DNA of 64,000 bases, from NCBI GenBank assembly GCA_050273025.1, contig CP158635.1, positions 18,724,001 through 18,788,000 of the forward strand, given 5' to 3'. The stretch comes from Cenococcum geophilum (taxonomy: Eukaryota). This document shows positions 26,161 to 36,450 of the stretch, one piece after another. The translations under genes were made by a program, and so were the position numbers. Position 1 is the stretch's first letter. Every line of letters starts with the position of its first letter. The notes beneath the pieces are model-generated. The model was not told the origin of the DNA, did not search any database, and was given only the letters and a program-made list of their open reading frames with translations.

Positions 26161-28279
26161 TTAGGCTTTATCTGAGCATTTCCCGTCATTGGCAGCATAA
26201 GGACTCGAGCGATCCTTCCGTCTCACCCACCAATAAACGATATACCAGGCCACAAATGTCGCTATCATCACGGGCAGGCAAATTGCCAGATACAGTTTCA
26301 ACCCTCGTAGCTGGAAGACTCGTTTCTGTCGACCATCATTGTCCGTAGTGAATTGAATGATGCCTGTACTCATGAAAGTCTTTATATCCGTTAGATATAT
26401 AGGATTATGTATGGATAAGTTTTGAGCACATATTCTTACCGCAATAGAGATTCCCGGCAAAAAAAACAAAGTGACCAAGGTGATTATTCGCATTGATACG
26501 GTCTCCTGCTTGGTCTTCTCGGCTATTTCATGCATGCTTGTTGCCATAGCATCTAGATTGTAAATTGATCTTAGTGCTTCCTGTGTGAAAGATTCACTAG
26601 CTTGCAGGCCTCGGTACTGCAGAATTCCATAGAGCTATATGCACAATTTTAGTCATACTTTCCGGAATTGAAATGAAAACACTCACCAGGTTCTTACGGT
26701 CGGCCAGAAGACGCAGCATGCTTTCAATCCTCAGTTGCTGCATTCCGAGATCTCTTTCCACACCCAGGATGCGATTCTCAAACCTGGCAATGTCAGTTCG
26801 ACAGTCAGACTTAATCTCCCGGGGGAGGTCTGCAGCCTCAGTCGTGGAACGATAGTGTTCTCTCAGCTCCTTGAGAACGGTAACGTTTTGTTTGAGCACA
26901 AGGAGTGTTTCGTGTGCTTTTTCTTCGATGTACTGAATTCTTTGGAGATCAGTGAATGAGAAATTCTCTTGTTGGCTGGTATTGTCTTCATCTTGGAGCC
27001 CGGGACGTAACTCATTAGACTTCGGCTTCTCGCCCGGTTGAGACTCGGGTGGACCCACCATCACATTCGGCAGCTGAGAAGCCATAAGGCTTGAGGGCAT
27101 CTCTAAACGTAAACCCTGGAAGGGCGAAAATTGAATTTTAGATGTAAAACTCCTTTCTGATGCTGTGCTCTGAGCCTGCGATGAGCTTGAGTGTGGCCTG
27201 GATGGAGGCCGTGGCAATGTCTCTTGGTGACTCACGGAGAGGGTTGGCTGAGTGCGAGGAATTATCGGAATTGATATTGATTCAGATCCTGAACTCGACA
27301 ACCGATTAACAGGAGTAGAAAGAGTCTTTCTGGTGACCTCCTGTAGCCCTTTCTCCAGGTCAGTGATGTACCATCGCCAGTTCTCTCCAGCCCAGTCACA
27401 AAATATCATGTGTGCCGTCAAAGCTGCGGCAAAAGAACGGCTAATCGATTTGAAAGAACCCAGTTGTGACAGTTTTGAAGCCTCTTCTATTCGTTTTTTC
27501 AGTAGCTTGTTCCCTTTGACATTTATCCATACTGAGCGACCTGTTTCAACATCAAATGAATGATATATTGCGGTCTGGCGTATTAGCCAGGGCAAATCTG
27601 CTTGCCCACTTGACTTTTCCACTGACTGTAAGTTGTAGCACAACCGGATCTCGCGACCTGAACGTCCTAATTCAGGCACATTCAAGCCTTTGTCCAGAGG
27701 ATTCAGGTAATTTTCATGTCGTAAACCGCTGAAGTGGAAATCTTGTGCGTATTCTTGCTGCCCGAATGGGAAGATGAAATCCAGAAATGAGGGCATCACT
27801 TGGTGATATGTGAGTGCCAGGGTAAACATGTTGTGGGAAATCCTCAGTGGATCACGGGAGTTCCGAGCGTGTATAAAGCTAAGTGTGTTAGCATAGAAAC
27901 CCATAATATCTGTAGTTTATAGAACCTGACATGAATCTACAGCGTGGATCCGTGCGTGTTGGCTTAAATGCTTCTCGGAGTTGCTCCTTTAGCCTGTTTG
28001 TATTTTCGACACAGTTGGAACTGAATTCTCCGGGAAGGTCAGTATGTTCTATATTATCTGAATTTCAATCGTTGATTGATTCCGGCGAGACGTACCTTCA
28101 TCACCATCGTTGAGTTCCAAGAAATCAAGAGCAGCATGACTTTCATCGTGAAACAATCGATCCTTTTGGTCTTTAAGTCGGGTAAGGTAAGCTCTGAGGA
28201 TATATCCGGAAGCGGTCTGATGCACAAGATTCTGGGGGTATGTCTCGAAGAGCTCGCAAGAACGAACTAATGGATCCAT
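26161..28279 (-). CDS. Fungal CorA-like protein (large soluble N-terminus, helical stalk, two C-terminal TM helices)
   Basis: Five exons with GT-AG introns give an intact frame: DPRCRFIFIHARNSRDPL, CYNLQSVE, RQTAIYHSFD, ENWRWYI, then KTKQETVSMRIITLVTLFFLPGISIATFMST (TM1) and LYLAICLPVMIATFVAWYIVYWW (TM2). Confidence 0.85.
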
Positions 28280-30329
28280 TTGGAGCTAACGGGATATAAG
28301 GGCAGTATACACAACGAGAGTGAAGGTGCATGAGCACCTTCAGTCTCCATGAAATCAGTCTCTTTTAAGCAATATAATGATGCCCCAATAGGAATACATT
28401 CCGTTCCGAGTACGCGCGCAAAGCTTTTCCACAACGTGGCTGTGCAGAAACGGTCCCACGAATATCACTTGGGTAAAACAACACCACGCAACCCCTGACT
28501 TTATTTACCAGAAAAGCCTAGCTTCCGCTCTTGGGAAACTTAGTAGGTGGGGGTTGCGACCTAAGTATCACTAGCTGGATGACGCAGGTCCAGGATATCT
28601 TTCTTCTCACCCTACCGTAATATCAGGGCATCGCTCGCAAACTTTATCATTCGTTAATCAAGGCCTTACCCTTGATAACCCAGGAAGGTTTCGTAGCATC
28701 TGAAACTGGTGATCGCCACTGCATATTTGTGTTTCATAGTTAGAGCCATGATTGGCGAAGTAGACTGCTGTGACCAACTTAGTGTCGCATGCGTTGTTGA
28801 TAAAAGGCGTCCACGTGAGGCGCTGCTAATTTAATCCTAGTTACGTCATGTGAGTTCTGGATGAGAATTTAAAGTACTTGAAAACTAAAATATACGGAAG
28901 AGATTAGGGGGTTCTGAAGTTCTTAAGTCATTCACGGTAATTACCTGGGGTTTACATTGGTTAAATTCCGTGGAAATCCTGTCTTAGATGATAGGAAGTA
29001 ACGGTGTCCCAGTCCAAGCTCAATATTTAGCTAGCTGAGTTTGTATGACAGTAGAGCTTGGATGTGATAGCTGTGAGATAATTAATGTGGTTGTTATGAC
29101 GAAGGGCCGTAAAGTAGAACCCGGGAATATATGCGAGGCACGGTGGTATTTATTTGAATATGGACTATTCAGATAGTGACGTAGCAAAGATAGCAGAAGA
29201 AGTCCGCTGTTGCAATTGCGACCGTTGTGAAAGGGCCATGGTGGGGCTATCTCGCTTCAGCCAATAAACTCTGAATTTATGCAACACTTGATGCATAGAA
29301 AGACACACGTGTTCGGAGATTTAATTTGGAAGCGCTGGATATGAGGCTGAGGATCTTCATACGTGCAGCCCATGTTATAGGCGGCATTGGGTGTGGTAAA
29401 AAATGCCACAGGGGCCGTTACCAGGAGCCAAAACGGCGAAGGAAAGAAAGTCGCACCGTTCCTATTCCCTAGATCATATCAGCTGATTCTCTGCGTTGGT
29501 CATGTCTCGTATATGTGTAAAAGCAGCTAGAGGAAAAAAAGTGAGGAAAGGGTTGTAATATGGCGTAACGCACAGCGCCACTTTCACGTGCAGCGGGAAC
29601 GTCGACGGCGGATGACAAGGCTGTAAACCATGAGAATGTCGATTTCCGTAGCTTTAACCATTGGATACATAACAAATAGTATGAAAAGTCGTGGCTCAAT
29701 ATCTAGCCTAGCCCTAGCTATCCGAGGCTGGAGGAAAAGAGACTTGGACATGATTGGCTCTGGTGTAGTCTAGATATTCCTAGTACTCTGCGGGGCCCCG
29801 CATCAACCATATCAACTACCACGATAACCATACTTTCTTCTTTCGGATATTACTTATTTGGGTGGCTTCGGCGCAGGCTCTTAGGCACAGTATAGATCAG
29901 TGTAGTGAACCTCAATTTAGCTGCCGCTGGAAGCCGGATTACATACTTATTTTACCAGCACCCAGCACCTTCCCCTACAAGGAAATATATTATTCCTCTA
30001 CCTAGGCATCGACCCCTGCTCCTGCGGTTGGAAGACCTCATTCTCACCTACTCCGCAGCATGTGAAAGCCAAGGATCATTGAGGAATTCAGCATCATCCT
30101 ACAAGCCCATATTGCGCGCCCATTTGGAACGTCTGCACGCTTCGAGAAAGCAAGAATAACTGCCGTAGTCTTAATGAAGTGGATTGGCCATGCTACGCCA
30201 TTCTACTCTTTTCTTTAGACTGAAGCACCCAGGCAGACTTCTGTCTAGCAATATAAGTATCATGTTCCTCATCATACTACTGTTTGACTGAAAGAAGAGA
30301 TACCAAAACAAATGATCAATACCAGAGCT

Positions 30330-30971
30330 ACTTCTAAGAACCGCAGCATTACGTAGCAAGTGTTGTATTAATAATCGCCATACGTACGTCTTAGGCTGTG
30401 CAAGCTGCTCCCCCTTACTCGTCTTTGTGCTAGTTGTAAAGACGGTGGCTGTGCTCTTGACTATAGTCGTTTTCGTTGTCGGAATATGCGGAATAGTGGA
30501 AATAGTATCTTCGAGACTCATCACAGTAGTCTTATAAGCCGTGGAAGTAAGGGCGGGTAGTGTGGTCTTTTCTGTGATGACTTTATCCGCGGACTTAGTT
30601 AGGGTAGTGGTAGATTGAGGGAGAGTCATCGTGGAGGTGATAAATGAGGTCTTAAAGCTCGAGACTGAGATCGCAGGTTTAGTGATTGTGAAGACAGAGG
30701 TGCTGGTGACTACAAGAAGCTTGTGATTACTGAGGTAGGCGCTTTAAGCGTGGTTGTGGATCCGATTATTTTTGTGCTTGTAATCGTGACGTAAAATGTT
30801 GATCCCGGTTGGGTGTAGATAAGTGATTCGTGATTCGGTTTTGAATGAGGTTGTGGTGATGAAAGACGTTGAAGCTTTTAGAGCGTGCTTGAATACGTTG
30901 AGCCGGGGATGGTGGCAGCTGAAGCCACGGGAAAAATGTAAGAAGCATACTAAGGCAATTAGATGCGCCAA
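30330..30971 (-). pseudogene. Frameshifted remnant of a secreted Thr/Ser-rich (mucin-like) protein
   Basis: Hydrophobic start MAHLIALVCFLHFS, followed by Thr-rich tracts (TTTSFKT, STTTLTKS, TTKTTIVKSTATVFTTSTKT) spread across different frames. Confidence 0.45.
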
Positions 30972-31647
30972 AAGACGTCTACTATGCTGTGATAGACCAA
31001 TTTGGGCCTTGTGACGTGGAGATCAAAGGAGAGATAAACATTTGGCTGGCTTGTAGCCCAAGACGCCGCCGACGTGGGAAAACCATGCTGCACGTATTTC
31101 CCGAGTGGTGAACGTTGGTAGCGAGAAAATCATCAGTGCTAGGTAGTTGAAGCCGCGCAGTAGAAAGCCTTTTGATCAGATATGGGATAAGCAAAAGGGG
31201 TTTGCTTGCGTAACTTGAGAATCTCACCCTTGGCAAATTATTAGTGTATGGTGATGCCTTGCCACAGGTGGGGTTGATCAAGTACAGAGGGCCGTGTTAG
31301 TCTTTTGGGGAGGAATTGGTCTAGGTCTAATCGACTAAAGGGGTTCGAGGGTTGGTGTGCAAGTGTAATGTACCAATGCCGCGGGAGAAAGATTCGGAGC
31401 GAGCAGTGCCCTCATGTGTGATTGATAGGGGGTAGCTAACGGTAATGCGAGAAGCTTCTGCTACACTGCGAAGGAGGACACACCGCTACCGTGGCGTTAA
31501 ATATAAACTGCCTAACATTTCTAATGCCCCTCTTGAGTTCATCACCTCACACCTTTTCAAGACTTATCGATTTATCCTTCCGCCGAGAAACTCTATTATT
31601 TGTATCTTAGGCTGCCTATCTGCTAAGTTTCCGAAAGTCATTTCGAA

Positions 31648-31863
31648 ATGCCTCTCCCAATCCACACTTCTAATGAGAAGCCCTCCGTCTCCGAGACGAA
31701 CCCCTCAGTAACAGCGCAGCCATCATCCCAAGTATCCAATCAAGATTCGCAAATGGCATCAGCGAATTCTCAACAAAAAAAATCAGAAGCCGAGCTTGCG
31801 GCTGAAAAGTTGTATGAGGAGAGAATTGAGGAGGAGTATGCCAAACGGGAGGGCGGCGCATGA
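31648..31863 (+). CDS. Conserved fungal microprotein (71 aa) ending LYEERIEEEYAKREGGA
   Basis: ATG in good context downstream of a TATA-like atataaa (~31501). I recognise the C-terminal motif from uncharacterised small proteins of filamentous ascomycetes. Confidence 0.7.
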   Translation: MPLPIHTSNEKPSVSETNPSVTAQPSSQVSNQDSQMASANSQQKKSEAELAAEKLYEERIEEEYAKREGGA

Positions 31864-31997
31864 ATAATGGTGGAAGATAAGCCTGGCTTGGGATATATTT
31901 CAAGCTAGGCCTTCTGCGAGTTGGCACAAATTTGATGGCTATTTCAGCGGGCTTCAACTTAGGTCCCCACTTCTTGTAATAGATAAGCCCAATATAA

Positions 31998-32582
31998 TTA
32001 CCCAGACAATGCTTTCTGCACTAGTTCTTGTGGTCTCCCACTCATGGGAATCTTCAACGCAAGCTCGTGTCCCTGCTCGCTCATCTTAACCCATGTCTTC
32101 CTTAGTATACTGACAATCTTGTCCTCGTCGTGCTCTTTCTCGAATTCCTCAAGTTGATCGTCCAAGAATACTAGACATGCCACATCTTCTAGCACTTGTG
32201 TTTCTTCATCTTTCTTTAAGTCCTCCTTTCTTATGAGTGCTGCCACCCTTTCTGCTACGTCTGATCTATATCCACACTCTTTGCATATCTGTTCCACCTG
32301 TTCTGCCTGCCGCTTCTTAAGGGAAGTGCGCCAGGAGTGATATCCGACTCTGGTCATTGGATAGGAGTCGCGGGGGACCTCCCAGCGACGGAAATGCTGG
32401 GCGTGAATGGCAAGACGAAGGGGTTCGGAGGCATTAGGCGCACGCTGGCCTAGATATTCGGCCATTTTTTGCGCATAGTGGAGCTCGTATGGGACATCTG
32501 CGCCATTCACTGCTATCCTCTTTGGATCAAGGGAGTGTGCGGAGTCGATCGCCGCGATAGCTTTTTCGAAAGGTGTAGACAT
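31998..32582 (-). CDS. DUF4202 family protein (often mis-annotated as glutamyl-tRNA synthetase)
   Basis: IDSAHSLDP, ELHYAQKM, AQHFRRWEVPRDSYP..RVGYHSWR, QVLEDVACLVFL, ILRKTWVKMS. Intronless. Confidence 0.88.
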   Translation of the reverse strand: MSTPFEKAIAAIDSAHSLDPKRIAVNGADVPYELHYAQKMAEYLGQRAPNASEPLRLAIHAQHFRRWEVPRDSYPMTRVGYHSWRTSLKKRQAEQVEQICKECGYRSDVAERVAALIRKEDLKKDEETQVLEDVACLVFLDDQLEEFEKEHDEDKIVSILRKTWVKMSEQGHELALKIPMSGRPQELVQKALSG

Positions 32583-32868
32583 ATTTGGCGGAGCTTTTTT
32601 GTACTGAAATGAAGGCTCTAGGGGAGGGGAGATCCAGTGTAATAATGCCTATAGAAGATTAAGTGCTCAATTAAAGATAAGGTGAAAAGTTGATCATTGC
32701 CCGCCAAATTCAAGCCGCATACAGCATCCTGCTCGCACGGGCCTCATCTCCGCCGATCATTCGTCCCTCCAACTCCACCTCGACTTCAAAACAAGGTCAT
32801 ATCGCGTTCAACCTCACCAAAACCACCACCTTACGCGCCCAATCTTTGTGACTCCGTCGACAATCGCA

Positions 32869-34183
32869 ATGGCAGCTCCTGGGGCTAGTCCCACTGCACC
32901 ATCAGCCGCCAACCTTGCGCTCTCCCCGCTTAATTCCATACCTCCGGACATATCACTCCACCGCGCCCTTCTCTTCGCCCTCGACACCCCTGTGCAACTC
33001 ACTCCACAGGTCTGGGAAAAGTTCTGGCCCTTCATTGATAATGTATGGTGTGTGCACCAAAAGCCACAAGGACCCCACCCATCCGGCGTCTCCAAAATTT
33101 ATGGCGGATGTCGACTGAATCGTAAAACCAATTTTCCGCCCCCGCCATTGCATGAAAACTCCCGGCCTCGACAACGACGCGAGGGCGGGACATGTAAGGC
33201 AAAGTTCCGACTGGCTATCTACCCAGATGGGAGACGTGTCGTAGAAAGGACCGGTGACCCTCATAGTCATACGCTGGAGCACATTGATAGCATCAAACGG
33301 AACTCTGGAATACGGAGTTTGGTTCTGGATGATTTCTTCAAGAGCTGGGAGGCCGGTGGAATCCTGGCATATTTGCGAGATACTGCGCACCAAACTGATG
33401 GACGGGATTTGTTGAAAGAGGCTGGAGGCCTATATCTCAGTCGACAGGAAGTCCAGAATATTATGAATGGAGCACTCAAGAAGGCTTACCCAGGCCAGGA
33501 CATATCGGAAGTCAAGTAAGTAACTCTACCCACGTTCGGCATCTCTGTTGGCTCTGCGGTACCTGGGATGGGTGAAAGTAGGTTAAGTGGTGATAAATAT
33601 GATTTGGCTGATGCCTACCTTAAGAAAACAAATGGACAAGTACAAGACATACACAACCTGCAACTTCAAAGGCTGCAATGCTCCAGCCTTCCCAGATATC
33701 AAGGCGCTCATGGATCACCGTAAAGCCGTCCACGGGCTTAAGAACCATGATCACAGCGACAAGCTGTATGCATGCCCTGATAAAACCTGTTGGAGGCGGA
33801 AGAAGTCGAAAGGTTTTGCGACGCTCCTAGGTCTCGAAGAGCATATGAGGGAGAAGCATGGTCCGGGAAGCAATGCGGAGCAAACAATGGATCCACAATT
33901 GCAGTCGCCAGCCATGCAAGGTCCGTTGCAGCAAATGCTCACAGATCCTATCACACCTGCTTCCAGTACGCCAGAGTCGGTCGCACAACACCATGGGCAG
34001 GATGGGCAGATAAGGCCCGAGGAAACAAGAACCTTATCCGAATCAGAGCAGGAGAGCATGAAACTACGTCTGAAGCGGCTCGAAATTGAACGTACGAAAC
34101 TGGACCATGAGATCCAGAGACTGAACAGAATTCTTTATGGAGAGTCTTCCGAAGATATATCCAACAACCATGGGGATGGGTGA
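32869..34183 (+). CDS. Putative transcription factor: WRKY/GCM1(FAR1/MULE)-like Zn finger + two C2H2 fingers + C-terminal coiled coil
   Basis: C-x27-C-x22-H-x-H (GCRL...TCKAKF...PHSH); C2H2 fingers CNFKGC...HRKAVH and CPDKTC...HMREKH; heptad tail LKRLEIERTKLDHEIQRL. One intron starting ~33516. Confidence 0.75.
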
Positions 34184-34919
34184 GAGAAAGGCTACTAAGC
34201 GGCACAATAATAATATTGGACGAGTTGTATATCCATGATCCTAAGTAAAGACACATCTCACAGCAAGGTGGTAGAGCTTTGAGCATCGGCCGACCGCTGA
34301 CCTGCGTTAAGTTCCGCCGCCATATCCTACTTCGAGGGTACGAGAGTTGCTATAAGAGCCATGACGAGGCACTCCCGAGTGGCACAGGAGAGGTTACGAC
34401 GCATTCGCACTCATGACGAGAAGATGGATAAATATTCTGAGCACACTAGACGCGTGGGCAAATCGAGAGGTGTTAGAGTTAGGATTCTGGGTGGATTTGA
34501 GGCATCGTTAGGACTTCCAAATCAAAGAACATAGGCGTATGAAGTTACCGCTTCGCTGTAAACCAATCTCAATACTACCTTTCTATCCTTCTACGTCTAA
34601 GGTTTTAGTATATACGATTAAATGAATAATCTCTAACATTACGACCTGAACCATATTTTGAGAATTGTTTAATTATAGCCCAGACAATGGGAATAAGTCA
34701 ACAATGTCCTCAAGCCGTCCTCCAAACGTGCGTCCACTATCACCAAGCTCTCTTAAAGATTATCTTCATCACCAGGTCATGTTAAGTATCGTACCTAACC
34801 AGGAATCCCACCACGGAAAATTACGAGGGTTGCTCAAATCCTCAACCCATTCACCGATTACCACACCCTACTATCTGCACTCGCCCGAACCAAGCTGTTC
34901 AGATACAAGCATCTCAAAT

Positions 34920-35453
34920 ATGTCAACCGTAGAATTCTACCCACTAACCCACGCCTTCATCGCACGCGCCATGCAAGAGACAATCGACCACTACCTCTCC
35001 AATCTCTCCCACAACTCTTCCACACACTCGTACGGCTTCCCGATCTTCGACCGCATCGCGCTCTGCCGCCGCACCATCGCGCGCTGTGATGCGACTGATA
35101 CGCCCCCGCAAGTCATCTGGGACGACTTTAGCGCGGAGAAGGCTGCACTAAGCAGGAAGTGGAAGCACGAGATGGTTGGGGATCAGTTGGGGAGAAAGGA
35201 GGAGGGGGCCGTGAGGAGAGCGCTGGAGGCGATGGAGAAGCGGAGGGAGCGAGAGTTGGAGGAAGGGGAAGCGCAGGAGGGTGGGGGAGCGATGCTTGGG
35301 TCAATGTCGTCCGGGTCGTGGGAGAGGGATGTTGATGATTTGGAGGCGCAGTATCAGCGGTGGGATGCGCATGTCCGGCTGCGGAAACTGGCTGTGGAGA
35401 TGGAGGAGAAAATGGAGACTGGGAATACGATTCAGGAGGGACTGCGGAAGTGA
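34920..35453 (+). CDS. Hypothetical protein with charged helical C-terminus
   Basis: Open frame of 177 aa from ATG 34920 with coding-like GC skew (C-rich then G-rich). No recognisable domain. Confidence 0.5.
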   Translation: MSTVEFYPLTHAFIARAMQETIDHYLSNLSHNSSTHSYGFPIFDRIALCRRTIARCDATDTPPQVIWDDFSAEKAALSRKWKHEMVGDQLGRKEEGAVRRALEAMEKRRERELEEGEAQEGGGAMLGSMSSGSWERDVDDLEAQYQRWDAHVRLRKLAVEMEEKMETGNTIQEGLRK

Positions 35454-36450
35454 TGTGATGATGTTATTCTTGTACCAGGGCTACACTTGGGACGTCTGTC
35501 GAGGTGTCTATTGGCTCGGTGGCGCTGGTTTGCTGGGCTTACGTGACAGCTATTGGGGACTCACTGGAATTGTAGTCGTTGCAGATGGTTAATTGTGTTT
35601 GTGCTGGTGCATTGCGAGAACAATAACCATGTTTAGTGTCGTGGAGCTAGTATTGTCTTACATGCATTAAGTATAGGAATCTGTCTAGCCAACAAGGATC
35701 CTGTCTTCAAGACACTGCTTCGCATTAAGAGCATTGAAAGGTAAAATTATGTCTTTGAGTCACAATCTGCCATTAACTTCATCAACTACGTAGACATCAT
35801 CAATGAAAACCGAAAAATCCCTTTTGCAGTCAGTTCAGCCCAGCTGAGCCTCATTCGCCTGTCCCTTCGCCTGCGCGCCGGTACTTCAGCGTATATCTAA
35901 ATCCCCGTGTTGTAAAACGCCCACATAACGCATCCAAGCGGATAAAACATACTCCGCATAACTATCGCAACATCCTTACATCTCAAAACCCAGCGCCCAG
36001 CTAATCGTCACACTCGTACATATCCTCCTCTTCACGATAAATGCTTAATCGGACAAAATTTCCAATCAAGGGCTTTTTTGGCAACGACAAAAACGAAAGA
36101 CGACAGCTAAAACACGTGTTTGGTTATCTAAATTTATGACCAGCCTTGCCTGGTAGCCCAATGCAGGCCTAGTTTTTCAAGAGCTTAAGGTGGAGTATAA
36201 AATGCCTCCTCTGAAGTAACGGGCGTGACAATTCGGCGACGGGAAGGAGTGCTACCATAAACAGTCGATAAGTCGTAATTATCTTGGTATATAGCCGGGG
36301 GAGGGTGTAGTTTGAGCCCGGACAGATGTGGGAAAGGTGGCTCCTCCCCTACACGATTGCGTTGGAGAACGCAACTCCGAGGATTTAGATGTCCAAGGCA
36401 TGCATACGGTAATCGAATCGTATTTCATCCGAATAGTGCTTACGGCTTAC

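Noticed and set aside
15860..28279. Functional coupling of Dicer with the kinase-vWA/CorA cassette
   Set aside because: Convergent orientation and adjacency only. DCL1 belongs to the conserved TAP42 block, and nothing in the sequence indicates a shared pathway.
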